The position numbers and the translations under genes were made by a program. A stretch of 64,000 bases of DNA, taken from positions 43,754 through 107,753 of the forward strand of contig NTJQ01000003.1 of NCBI GenBank assembly GCA_002457555.1. Reading direction: 5' to 3'. The notes under the pieces are model-generated. The model had not been told where the DNA came from. It did no database searches and saw nothing but the letters and a program-made list of their open reading frames with translations. Positions 40,459-50,248 of this stretch are shown here, piece after piece. Source of the DNA: Marine Group II euryarchaeote MED-G37 (GTDB lineage: Archaea > Thermoplasmatota > Poseidoniia > Poseidoniales > Thalassarchaeaceae). Positions within the stretch are counted from its first letter, which is position 1; every line of letters begins with the position of its first letter.

Positions 40459-42978
40459 ATGGCTACTACACGTCCTGGGGTTCAGGAACGCATTTTATTA
40501 CATCTAAGGGATTATGTGGATTACGCCGATAAGGTCGAGGTACCCTTTGCAATTTCTCAGATGGGTATTGCAAATGCTGTATCCATTGCTCGTTCGAATG
40601 TTCCCCGTGCAATATCTGGAATGAAAGAGTCAGGCCACCTAATTGAGCGACAAGCTCATGTCACTGGCGTATCGAGAAAAAGGAAAGCATACTTCCTAAC
40701 CTCCGAAGGAGTAAGTCTTGCTGACAGTATCTGGAATAAGGTCTGTGAAGAACCAGTTCGATTAATTAACTCGGATGGAAGAGCCGAAAATATAGACCTG
40801 CAAACAGCATTGGAACGAACCGAACTCCCTCTAAGACACGTAGATATTCTCAGATATCTCGATGATTCCGGCACTCTTGACTTGTCTACATTATCTCCTG
40901 ATTTAATCGAAAGGGATCTCTCAAAACATATTGAGAAGCAACTTGTAAATTCATTGAATGATCTACCTAGATTACGTCGATTCTATGGTCGAGACGATGA
41001 AATTACCAAAATGGCAAATATCCTGGAATCCGAATCTACAACACTACTAGTTCCAGGAATTGCCGGAATTGGAAAAACCGCTTTAGCGGCGAAATTACTC
41101 GAGCGTTTTACTCATCGAAGAAATCTTCTTTATCACCGGTGTCAAGACTGGGAAGGTTCGAGAGCGTTTCTAGAGGCTTGTTCGGAATGGCTTGCAATGA
41201 TCGGAAACAATGACTTGAGCGATTATGTTTCCTCAACACCAGTTCCACAGGTCACAATGGCGGTCAACATAATTGTCGAGGGCTTGAAAAATTCCCCTGC
41301 CCTTATTGTCGTAGATGACTTACACAAGGTAGCGGATGAAAACTTCGTAGCAATTCTTCGAGGCCTTACTCTTCGTATACCTGAAGCTGAGGGATTAGGT
41401 TTAGTTATGTTCTCTAGATCATTTAGAATGGTGGTTCCCGAAAATGATTCAAGTGGCAATACAGTCGCACATTTCCTACCGCTCGAGGGGCTGGATCAAG
41501 ATTCTAGCAGACAAATTCTCACTGCAATGCCAGATATTGATTTGCAACAATTCCTCCACATTTATACCCTATCAAGAGGGCATCCATTGGTCCTTGAATT
41601 GATAAATCGAGGCAGTGTTGGGGAAACCTTCCACTCTACTTTAGAGGCTTTTGTTGAAAAGGAAATTTTCAGTAAATTATCAGGGCCTCAAAAACGACTT
41701 CTCGGGGCGATTGCAGTATTCCGTGAGCCAATGCCATTGGCCTCACTTAGTACATTAGACGCTGATCTAGATCTACTAGACGACCTTGTGGAGAAGGGAC
41801 TAGCAAGAAGAATAGATTCTGATAATTATGATGTACACGATTTAGTCAGAGAATTCCTTGTTCGTTCGATGGATGAGTCATTGAAAGCAGAACTACACAG
41901 CAATGCTGTAGCATGGTATCGAACTAGAACTGAAACCGCTGCTGAGAAGATCGAATTCATCCATCATCTAAATGCATCTGGGGATGTGGATACTCTTGCC
42001 GAAGTATTGCAAAGAGATGGTAGGGAACTGGTTAAGTCAGGTCATATCGAACTCCTAGGTATTCTCAGAGGCTTGGAATCTGATGGTTTTACCGCCATCC
42101 AATGGGGGTTGATTAGAGAACTTCGAGGCGATATTCTCTCTATTCAAGGCCGATGGGATGAGGCTGAAGAAGAATATGCTGCGGCCATTCCTACTGCAAA
42201 GAAGCACAAGGAAGCACAGACACTTGCTCGATTACTCACCGCTCGTGCTGATATCGCAATAAAACGAGGCGCTATGGATGACGCCCTAGAATTACACCGT
42301 CAGGCATTAGAAATTCAAATAGCAAAAAGAGATGCGGTTGGTGCATCAAGATCATACATCAATATGGGGTACATTTTCCGCCGACGCAGGGATACTAGGC
42401 ACGCATTAGAGGTGTATGGAAATGTGGAGGAATTACTTGACGCAGAAACCGATCCGAGTTTGATGGATACCAGAGTTCGATTAGCATCCGCCTTCCTAGA
42501 GATGGGTGAATTAGATCGTGCTAGAGATCATGCAATGGCCGCACACGACGGAACAAAGGACAATGGATTGGATGCACTTCATGCTAGGAGTAGGGCGGTT
42601 TTAGGCAGGTATTATGCTCGAATGAAAGATAATGATTTGGCTTTACTTCACTATTCTGCGGCCTTGGAAATACTATCTGAGGCTACAGATCCTCACAGCG
42701 CTGTCGAGGTTGAAATGTTACTCGGCCAAGTGCTAAGCGATGCTGGCAGAAAATCCGAAGCCGCAGAGCGTTACTTGGATGGTCTTGCCGTTGCTGAAGC
42801 TAATGATTTCAGATTATTACAAGGTGAATTGCTAGCAAGGTTAGGGGAGGTAGAGAGTGATCGCTCTGCCAGAATGAATTACCTCCAACGATCTCTTACA
42901 GTATTCCGTGAATTAGGTGCTGTGGACCGTATGCGAGATGTTCAAACTGCAGTGCATCGAGCGATTATGGGCCATTAA
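40459..42978 (+). CDS. wHTH-STAND NTPase-TPR protein (MalT/AP-ATPase-like regulator)
   Basis: N-terminal wHTH (SQMGIANAVSIARSNVPRAI..RKAYFLT), FYGR, Walker A GIAGIGKT, Walker B LIVVDDLH, GHPL motif, YDVHDLVREF (MHD-like), C-terminal TPR repeats. Start could be 40450 or 40459. Confidence 0.85.
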   Translation: MATTRPGVQERILLHLRDYVDYADKVEVPFAISQMGIANAVSIARSNVPRAISGMKESGHLIERQAHVTGVSRKRKAYFLTSEGVSLADSIWNKVCEEPVRLINSDGRAENIDLQTALERTELPLRHVDILRYLDDSGTLDLSTLSPDLIERDLSKHIEKQLVNSLNDLPRLRRFYGRDDEITKMANILESESTTLLVPGIAGIGKTALAAKLLERFTHRRNLLYHRCQDWEGSRAFLEACSEWLAMIGNNDLSDYVSSTPVPQVTMAVNIIVEGLKNSPALIVVDDLHKVADENFVAILRGLTLRIPEAEGLGLVMFSRSFRMVVPENDSSGNTVAHFLPLEGLDQDSSRQILTAMPDIDLQQFLHIYTLSRGHPLVLELINRGSVGETFHSTLEAFVEKEIFSKLSGPQKRLLGAIAVFREPMPLASLSTLDADLDLLDDLVEKGLARRIDSDNYDVHDLVREFLVRSMDESLKAELHSNAVAWYRTRTETAAEKIEFIHHLNASGDVDTLAEVLQRDGRELVKSGHIELLGILRGLESDGFTAIQWGLIRELRGDILSIQGRWDEAEEEYAAAIPTAKKHKEAQTLARLLTARADIAIKRGAMDDALELHRQALEIQIAKRDAVGASRSYINMGYIFRRRRDTRHALEVYGNVEELLDAETDPSLMDTRVRLASAFLEMGELDRARDHAMAAHDGTKDNGLDALHARSRAVLGRYYARMKDNDLALLHYSAALEILSEATDPHSAVEVEMLLGQVLSDAGRKSEAAERYLDGLAVAEANDFRLLQGELLARLGEVESDRSARMNYLQRSLTVFRELGAVDRMRDVQTAVHRAIMGH

Positions 42979-42986
42979 GTGGAATC

Positions 42987-43796
42987 TCAAAGGGTAGAAT
43001 TAATTTGTTCTAATTCCCCCTGTCCAAGCTTATGAGAAAACTCCGGGCCTTCTTGTTTAGAAATTGAAAGAACTCCGTTGAATCTCTCACCTATTTGGTG
43101 TAAAACTTCGGATTCGGCTAGATGTGGAGCGTTATTTTTCTCAGAAATGTGGCAAAGTACTATGCTGCTCAATTTCGGGTGTAATATTTCTGCTAAAATA
43201 TCTGCAGTTTGCTGATTAGAAAGATGCCCTCCACGTCCTGAAATACGTTTTTTTAGATACGGGGGATATGGTCCTGAAATTAGTCTGTTTAGGTCATAAT
43301 TCGCCTCTATAGAGATATGTTCACATCCTGCTAAATGTTTCATTAATTCAATAGTAGGCTCACCTAAATCAGTGACAAAAGCCGCCCTCATCCCGTCACC
43401 GTTACTCGCGATAACAGCAACATTGTCTGCATCATCGTGAGGAACTGGTACTGGAAGCAGACTCAAATCGTCAGAAATATGCAATCTTTCCAGTCCCTCA
43501 AAGGTTCTAACTTGTGAAATAGGTTCTAGCCCCAACCTCATGGTTGTTTCCAGGTTTGCGTACAATCGGGCATCCCATTTTTTGGAGGCCCGAGCGGCCG
43601 ATTTAGAATGATCAGAATGATGATGGCTGACAATAATAGCATCTATGGAAGCTGCTTTTACCCCCGCTAAACTCAACCTTTCTTCCATTTGTTTTAGAGA
43701 AAATCCACAATCCACTATGACTCTTGTCTCACCTGTGGACAGTAGTGTGGCATTTCCACGACTACCACTTCCCAAGTGAGTTATCTCTAAGCCCAT
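42987..43796 (-). CDS. Metallo-beta-lactamase-fold hydrolase, YycJ/WalJ-like
   Basis: LGSGSRGNA, VDCG, SHHHSDH, VPHD, TDLG, IEANYD, GHLSN, LCHISEKNN. Confidence 0.88.
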   Translation of the reverse strand: MGLEITHLGSGSRGNATLLSTGETRVIVDCGFSLKQMEERLSLAGVKAASIDAIIVSHHHSDHSKSAARASKKWDARLYANLETTMRLGLEPISQVRTFEGLERLHISDDLSLLPVPVPHDDADNVAVIASNGDGMRAAFVTDLGEPTIELMKHLAGCEHISIEANYDLNRLISGPYPPYLKKRISGRGGHLSNQQTADILAEILHPKLSSIVLCHISEKNNAPHLAESEVLHQIGERFNGVLSISKQEGPEFSHKLGQGELEQINSTL

Positions 43797-43888
43797 TGAA
43801 TCAGTATGGCGGGCGAGGCCGTAAGGTCTTCAATGCAACCCTGATTATCAGTTTAAATCAGCTAACATCCAATGCCCTCTCGTGCGCG

Positions 43889-43905
43889 CGACGGCGTAGC
43901 CGTCG
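43889..43905. repeat. GC-rich perfect palindrome
   Basis: CGACGGC-GTA-GCCGTCG. Confidence 0.75.
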
Positions 43906-43996
43906 AGCAATTGTACCTAGGGTGTGTCCGAACGACGCTCCATCACCGTCATAAGTCAAGCAAGAGCGCTCCCGTATGTCTACCAGAGGTCATACC

Positions 43997-46900
43997 ATGC
44001 GACGTAAGCAAACAGCGTTCTTCGTCACATTGTTGATTTTGAGTAGCCTCGTATTCGTTTCCCAAACTAGACCGCAGGCACCAGTGTCTTCGGTCGACCC
44101 ACCTGATATACCCGGTTCGGGCCCAATGGCTGTAGACCAAGATGAAGATTTAATTCCTGATATACATGAAGTGATATTTAGTGAAGCAAGACATATCGAT
44201 ACTCCGTTTGGTGTTGTAGTGGTTGAAGGGCTAGATCCGATGAATGGTTCAGATAACATCACCGACTTCGATAGAGATGGAGCTAGTGCACTGATGGAAT
44301 ATTGTTGGCCCTGGACATTGGAAACCTGCTTTACAGAACGTCTATCGTTAACAGGTAAATCTCCCGATGAAACACAATCTGGATTCAGGGAGTATCTTGA
44401 TCCTCGAGAATCGGATACAGATGGAGATGGCCTCCCAGATGGTTATGAAATTTACATGTGTACCGAAGGAGGAGCTGGTTACCAAAATCCAGCTACTAGT
44501 GAATGGACTTGCCTTTACTTCGATCCCTTAGATGATTCAGATACATTTGAAGATGCGGATTTATGTATTGAACAGGCCAGTGAATGGGGTTGTGGAGACG
44601 GTTTTGATGTAAACCGAGACGGTGAAATTGACCTCGATGAACGTTACACAAACTCTGAAGAATATTGGTTCGGCACACCATCAGATTGGCTTACTGAAAG
44701 GGATGGTTTGTGGTGTGCTGGGATAATGCCCAACCTCCATCCTGATGCCTGTCAAAATGAGATTGAAAGGCCCACCGGTGACGATGGTTGGTTGGGTAGC
44801 GACCCACGTCGAATGGACTCCGATCATTACACTTGGAGTGAATTACTCCCCACCAGTCTGGCTGTTCCCGGAGATGGAATTCCTGATGGTTGGGAGGCAT
44901 ACCATGGCCTCGATCCTAGAAATGCAAGCGATGCGACACTAGATTCCGACTCAGACGGCTGGGATATAGACAGAGACGGGTTCATCATCCCCGACTCTTC
45001 AATTGCCACCGCGCGCTGGGGAGAGGCATTCAGCAATTATGAGGAATATTTGATTCACATGGATAGTGGCCACTGGGTCCGCCCAGGATTAAGAGGGACG
45101 ATATTAACAAGTCAATCCGACGAAGTTATGCTATTCGACCAAGGAACAAACCCAATGTTGGTCGATGGAAGAGTGCACACCGTTCTATCAGATAATCCAC
45201 GAGATCGTTTACTCGTTGGTTCTGCTTATGGAATAACGGCAATTAATCCATTTGAGGGTATCTCTTCGACTTTTGAATTACCAAGTGGCATGGAATTGTT
45301 CACTATGATGCGTTGGAATCCATCTTCCGAAGATTATCTCATTCTGGGGTCTAATCATGGAATACATACGTTGATCCTCGAGAATGGCTTACCACAGATG
45401 GATACATTGTCTGCATCGAACCTAGGGTCGATTCAAGTGATTGAATCACTACAAACAGGTAGTGGCGATTTGGATTTGATTTTACTCGGCCATGGGTCAA
45501 ATGCCTGGAGGATGACGATTTCCGAACCATCTTCTGGAACTGGCAACCCAGACTTTAGCGAAGTAATAGCCATAGATGAACTAACGGAAATGTTAGACAT
45601 ACTGGGTGCATCATTCACGGAAGTAATCCACGTTCCAATGGCCGGTAGAGGCCCGATGTTGATTGTTGGAACCGATAGTGGAATGATTCGATGGGACACC
45701 ACAGATGGAACATCTTCGATAGGTGAACCATTCTGGATTTACACTACTGAAGATGCAGAAGAATATGTTCAATTCGCAGACTTGCTTAATCAGTCAAAGT
45801 CGGCCGTAGTTAATGTCATGGAATTAGCAGGACCAGTAGCTACTGACGGGTCATTAGAGGAAGTAACCGGAGTTTGGCTAGGTACACCTGGTGGAATACA
45901 CCTGATTGACCTAGATTTGTTTGTTGGACTGCCTAAACAAGCCTTCAACACAGACCGAATGTTCAATTTAGAGCGTTGGGAAGAAGGCGCTAATGATATT
46001 TACTCAATTCATGCAATAGGCGGCCAGATATTGTTGGGTTCAAGAGACGGAACTTGGGCTCTTGAAGGAGGATCCCAGGGAGTCTTAGGGATTGAAGAAA
46101 ACCAAACAAGGATGCCCGGACTTGTCACCTCTCTGACTACCTTTATTCACGATGGCAACCAGTACTTGTTTGCAGGTGTCTCACCAGGCGAATTCATGAA
46201 CATCATGCCAATAAATCCCAAATCTATCGATTCAGATCTAGATGGAATGCCCGATGGCTGGGAGTTTGTTTACGGATTAGACCCCACCGACCCATATGAC
46301 CGATTTAGGGACGCAGATGCAGATGGGGTATACTTCGACATAGATGGAGTAAGTTTCAATCGAGAATGGTCCAACCTTGACGAGTATAGATTCGTTAATA
46401 CAAGTGAAGGTGGTTTCAACGGAACAGATCCAAGAAATATCGACACTGATGGAGACGGTTTGACCGATGGACAAGAATATTGGGGTTGGTTTACAGATTC
46501 TACAGATTTCTCTTGCCATTACCTAAATCAGGAATATATTTGCGATGATGAAGTTGGAGAGGCTGCTCTAGAAGTCCATCTCTCTGGTTGGTTAAACTCT
46601 GGTGCTGGAGGAGGAACTGATGGCCCCACAGACCCAACCAGTCTAGATAGTGATGGAGATGGAATGCCAGATGGTTGGGAAATTGAGCACCGCCGCTGGA
46701 TTGGAGATGTATACACAGGTGGTAACCTTTGGACATTAGACCCGAGAGATCCCTCAGATGCAATTATGGATGCTGATGGGGACGGCTTGGATAATGTCTG
46801 CGAATACAAATGGGGTCTTTACGTAGAAACGGTGGCATTAGAAGGTCTACCTACTCATGGAGAAAATGCTAGCGCTGCCCAGAGTTGGACGAAGACTGAT

Positions 46901-49729
46901 CCAAATAATCCTGATTCCGATGGAGATTCTCTGCCAGATGGTTGGGAGGCCCGCTATCAATGCTCATGGGGTAGAAATAATCGTGGAATTAATCCACTAA
47001 ATGGGTCCGATGCGCTAAACAATCCAGACGGGGACGGATTTGATGTGAATCATGATGGGATCTTAGATCTCAACGAGAGCCTGGTAAATTGGCTTGAATA
47101 CCACCTTAAGGACCAAATCCTCTATTCTGATTCAACCAGCTCCGGGCTTTCTTTCCCAGATAATTTCACAACTTTACTTACACATCAATCCTGGTTAGGA
47201 TTTGCTGGTGATTCCTTCGGTGCCAAAACTAGTACAGCATATCGTAGCCTAGTTAATGGTACAACCAGTGAGGATGTTGGCGCTGCTAACCCGATTGATT
47301 CTGATTCTGATAGAGATGGTATCCCAGATGGATGGGAATTCTACCACGCACGATGGAGCTTGTTCGATGAAACTTGGACATTAAATCCTGTGAATGAAGG
47401 CGATCAGGTCGGCGACCCAGATGGGGATGGAATGAATAATTGGGAAGAGTACAACGTAATTGATGGCAATTTTAGTGAAATTGACGACCTTACAACAGTC
47501 CCTCAATTTTACTTGCTTAATGTCGGGGGAGAATTACTTGCAACCCCTTGGTTATCTGCAGAATCTACACTTTCATTTGGAACCTTCCTCAGTGATGAAG
47601 AAATACAACTCAGAGGCTATACTGCCGATCCCAATGAACCCGACACCGATGGTGATGGTTTGCTCGATGGGATTGAATTGATGTTTACTAGATGGAATTC
47701 AACCGACGAAACATGGACTCTTAATCCACTGGTCGCGGGTGATGGAAACTACGATTCTGACCGAGATGGAATCACAGACTTAGTGGAATTGAACCTTACC
47801 AATAAAAATCCACAAAATGGAGGCCTATCACCTCCTGACGCACCTAGATTATGGGAAGAAGCGGAATCTCTAGACCCCGATGAAGCTGTAAATCGAGTCT
47901 ACCGTATTCTCTTCAACAAGGAAGGTAGAGCTGAGATTGCACTAGAGCAATTCGATGATTGGCAAAATGGAGAACCTACCAAACCCCTTCTTGTTGCCTT
48001 ACTAGGGATAACAGATCCTAATTCTGATGATACCGATAGAGATGGTATGAGTGATGGATATGAATATTGGTTCACTGAATGGGATTTGGAGGATAATATT
48101 TGGACAATGAATCCACTAACAGATACAGATATTCATGTTGATAGTGACGAGGATTCATTTGATTGTAATGGGGATGGATATATTTCTGATTCAGAATCAT
48201 TCGATAACTTGGCTGAGTATGATGCTAGAGTATATGGTAAGCGCTCGGCTATCGATACGATTCCAAATGGAACAGGATTGGTATCTTACGGTCAAGATAC
48301 CATCACTGCATACATGCAAGAAAGAGGTATGTCTGAGCAGGTGGCAGCGGATCAGTTGTGGATTCTATTTTCGACCAAGGACATCGAATCAAGCGACAGG
48401 GCTGGTCTGATTAATGCAATAGATCCAGATAATTTTAATTTCAGTCTAGCAGGTGTATCTGACCCTACAAATCCTGACTCTGATAGCGATGGCTTACCCG
48501 ATGGTTGGGAATTTTGCTACTCGATTTACGGCGAATGGCTCCCAGTCAACGAATATAGGTGGTCGTTAAACCCACTAAACCCGTTGGATATTGACTATGA
48601 TCCAGATGCCGATGGTTGGTATGATAGAACAATTTTCGATACACCTGCTGAACAAGGAATTTGGGTGAATAGAGAATTCACCCCAGATCCTGCCAATCAA
48701 CAGATTCTTCCATCCAACTCCGAGTTGTATTTCACCAATCTAATGGAATACAATAACGGAACCCATCCGTTAGAATTGGATAGCGATGATGATTCAATGG
48801 TAATGGAGCCAGTATTCAGTGGTGGCATAGTAATTGATTATATTCAGAATCTTAATCTCTCAGATGGTCGTGAGGTATTCAAATATGGAACAAATCCTCT
48901 AGACAATGATACAGACGGAGATATGATGCCCGACTTTTACGAGTATTATAGGGGCTGGAATGAGACCAATGATAATTGGTCATCTTATCTAGAAATCTCC
49001 GTAGTTTGGTATCAAGTCACTCCTAATGTATTGAAACCAGTAAAAGTCAACGGAGGCACCATTGCTAGGCCGGACCTCGAGTATACTTGGTTCACCCACG
49101 ACGCCACAGACCCTAGTGATGCAGGGCAAGATGCGGATAATGATGGAAGTTGGGACTGTACAGGAGGAAACTGTGTCTATGTGCCCTACAATAATTTCCA
49201 AGAATATTACGGAGTAGTGAATGCAACCCTTTCGTCACCAACCTTGGTTAGACAGGCCAATCTATACGATTGTTCAGGAAATATTGTCCAAGAGTGGTGG
49301 CAATTAAGGGAATCACTACTTGGAACCTGTGGAGGAGCTGCTGCATTACAGAGCAATTACATGAGAATGTACAAGGTAAATAATGACGATTTACTCTATG
49401 CATACATCGTAAATGATAACGATGTTGATTATCAATATTTAGACGAATCAGATGATGAAATTATCGTCAATGGCGAATGGACAGACAACTACCAACGCTT
49501 TGCAGGAGACCGTTATCACTATCCAAACACTGGTTTGGGGGAATATGTTTGGGGCTGGTGGATAATCGATATTGATGGGGATCAAATTGCTGATGGAACT
49601 GACCCAACCAATTGGGACACAGATGGCGATTGGGCCAATGATTTTTTCGAAATTGAAGATGATATGTTAGATGGAGTTCGAGGTAATTCTGGTTCGCCAA
49701 TTCGATATGATGACCGTACAACAAATTGA
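43997..49729 (+). CDS. Very large secreted protein with thrombospondin type-3-like Ca-binding repeats and a central beta-propeller-like region
   Basis: Signal/anchor MRRKQTAFFVTLLILSSLVFVS. Numerous DP...DSDGDG(L/M)PDGWE motifs. Central blades (LLVGSAYGIT, LILGSNHGIH, LIVGTDSGMI, VWLGTPGGIH, ILLGSRDGTW). Start may be 43976. Confidence 0.8.
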   Translation: MRRKQTAFFVTLLILSSLVFVSQTRPQAPVSSVDPPDIPGSGPMAVDQDEDLIPDIHEVIFSEARHIDTPFGVVVVEGLDPMNGSDNITDFDRDGASALMEYCWPWTLETCFTERLSLTGKSPDETQSGFREYLDPRESDTDGDGLPDGYEIYMCTEGGAGYQNPATSEWTCLYFDPLDDSDTFEDADLCIEQASEWGCGDGFDVNRDGEIDLDERYTNSEEYWFGTPSDWLTERDGLWCAGIMPNLHPDACQNEIERPTGDDGWLGSDPRRMDSDHYTWSELLPTSLAVPGDGIPDGWEAYHGLDPRNASDATLDSDSDGWDIDRDGFIIPDSSIATARWGEAFSNYEEYLIHMDSGHWVRPGLRGTILTSQSDEVMLFDQGTNPMLVDGRVHTVLSDNPRDRLLVGSAYGITAINPFEGISSTFELPSGMELFTMMRWNPSSEDYLILGSNHGIHTLILENGLPQMDTLSASNLGSIQVIESLQTGSGDLDLILLGHGSNAWRMTISEPSSGTGNPDFSEVIAIDELTEMLDILGASFTEVIHVPMAGRGPMLIVGTDSGMIRWDTTDGTSSIGEPFWIYTTEDAEEYVQFADLLNQSKSAVVNVMELAGPVATDGSLEEVTGVWLGTPGGIHLIDLDLFVGLPKQAFNTDRMFNLERWEEGANDIYSIHAIGGQILLGSRDGTWALEGGSQGVLGIEENQTRMPGLVTSLTTFIHDGNQYLFAGVSPGEFMNIMPINPKSIDSDLDGMPDGWEFVYGLDPTDPYDRFRDADADGVYFDIDGVSFNREWSNLDEYRFVNTSEGGFNGTDPRNIDTDGDGLTDGQEYWGWFTDSTDFSCHYLNQEYICDDEVGEAALEVHLSGWLNSGAGGGTDGPTDPTSLDSDGDGMPDGWEIEHRRWIGDVYTGGNLWTLDPRDPSDAIMDADGDGLDNVCEYKWGLYVETVALEGLPTHGENASAAQSWTKTDPNNPDSDGDSLPDGWEARYQCSWGRNNRGINPLNGSDALNNPDGDGFDVNHDGILDLNESLVNWLEYHLKDQILYSDSTSSGLSFPDNFTTLLTHQSWLGFAGDSFGAKTSTAYRSLVNGTTSEDVGAANPIDSDSDRDGIPDGWEFYHARWSLFDETWTLNPVNEGDQVGDPDGDGMNNWEEYNVIDGNFSEIDDLTTVPQFYLLNVGGELLATPWLSAESTLSFGTFLSDEEIQLRGYTADPNEPDTDGDGLLDGIELMFTRWNSTDETWTLNPLVAGDGNYDSDRDGITDLVELNLTNKNPQNGGLSPPDAPRLWEEAESLDPDEAVNRVYRILFNKEGRAEIALEQFDDWQNGEPTKPLLVALLGITDPNSDDTDRDGMSDGYEYWFTEWDLEDNIWTMNPLTDTDIHVDSDEDSFDCNGDGYISDSESFDNLAEYDARVYGKRSAIDTIPNGTGLVSYGQDTITAYMQERGMSEQVAADQLWILFSTKDIESSDRAGLINAIDPDNFNFSLAGVSDPTNPDSDSDGLPDGWEFCYSIYGEWLPVNEYRWSLNPLNPLDIDYDPDADGWYDRTIFDTPAEQGIWVNREFTPDPANQQILPSNSELYFTNLMEYNNGTHPLELDSDDDSMVMEPVFSGGIVIDYIQNLNLSDGREVFKYGTNPLDNDTDGDMMPDFYEYYRGWNETNDNWSSYLEISVVWYQVTPNVLKPVKVNGGTIARPDLEYTWFTHDATDPSDAGQDADNDGSWDCTGGNCVYVPYNNFQEYYGVVNATLSSPTLVRQANLYDCSGNIVQEWWQLRESLLGTCGGAAALQSNYMRMYKVNNDDLLYAYIVNDNDVDYQYLDESDDEIIVNGEWTDNYQRFAGDRYHYPNTGLGEYVWGWWIIDIDGDQIADGTDPTNWDTDGDWANDFFEIEDDMLDGVRGNSGSPIRYDDRTTN

Positions 49730-49771
49730 GCGTAACCTATTCGGTTGGTTCATCAGCAAGGGTAGCGAGGA

Positions 49772-50248
49772 TTGACTATGGACGAGAATGCCAAGATACC
49801 AGGGATTGATGCCCCAATCGAGGAAAGGTTGCTATTCCTGCAAGAAAACATGGTCAATTTTGTTAAGCAGTATAATCTCCCTGTGATTGAAGTATCGTTG
49901 GTTGTTTCAAAATACATCAGAGTTCTACTAGAATCACTTGAGCGTGCAGCATCTGAGAGCGGAGAAAACATCCCGGAAAATATTTCTCAAGCATGGGATA
50001 TTGATGCGGATTTGAACGCTCCTACAATAGAATCCTTTCCGTTGGAAAAACTACTTGGAACATTAGATGAAGATAGAATGGATATCCTAGATACTATGAT
50101 GAGAGTAATTATCAACGGTGCAGAGATTCCATTTTCCTCTGCGCTTACCCTACTTCGAGATTGGGAGATGCGATTGAGGATTCAGATGGCTGAAGCAACA
50201 AGCCCTGGCCACCTATTTAGTCCGATGGACCTGCCAGAAGGGTTCTAG
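49772..50248 (+). CDS. Hypothetical all-helical protein with internal duplication
   Basis: 158-aa ORF, GAGG upstream (start may be ATG 49778); two 45-aa segments align without gaps. Confidence 0.7.
   Translation: MTMDENAKIPGIDAPIEERLLFLQENMVNFVKQYNLPVIEVSLVVSKYIRVLLESLERAASESGENIPENISQAWDIDADLNAPTIESFPLEKLLGTLDEDRMDILDTMMRVIINGAEIPFSSALTLLRDWEMRLRIQMAEATSPGHLFSPMDLPEGF

Noticed and set aside
40459-43796. STAND-TPR plus MBL nuclease as an Avs1-like antiviral system
   Set aside because: The genes are convergent, not operonic. The MBL protein has housekeeping YycJ motifs and the STAND effector is an HTH.
43997-49729. Recurring GATGG/GATTC-rich nucleotide repeats as a CRISPR or tandem array
   Set aside because: They are degenerate, in-frame, irregularly spaced codon repeats of DxDGDG motifs, and there are no cas genes.
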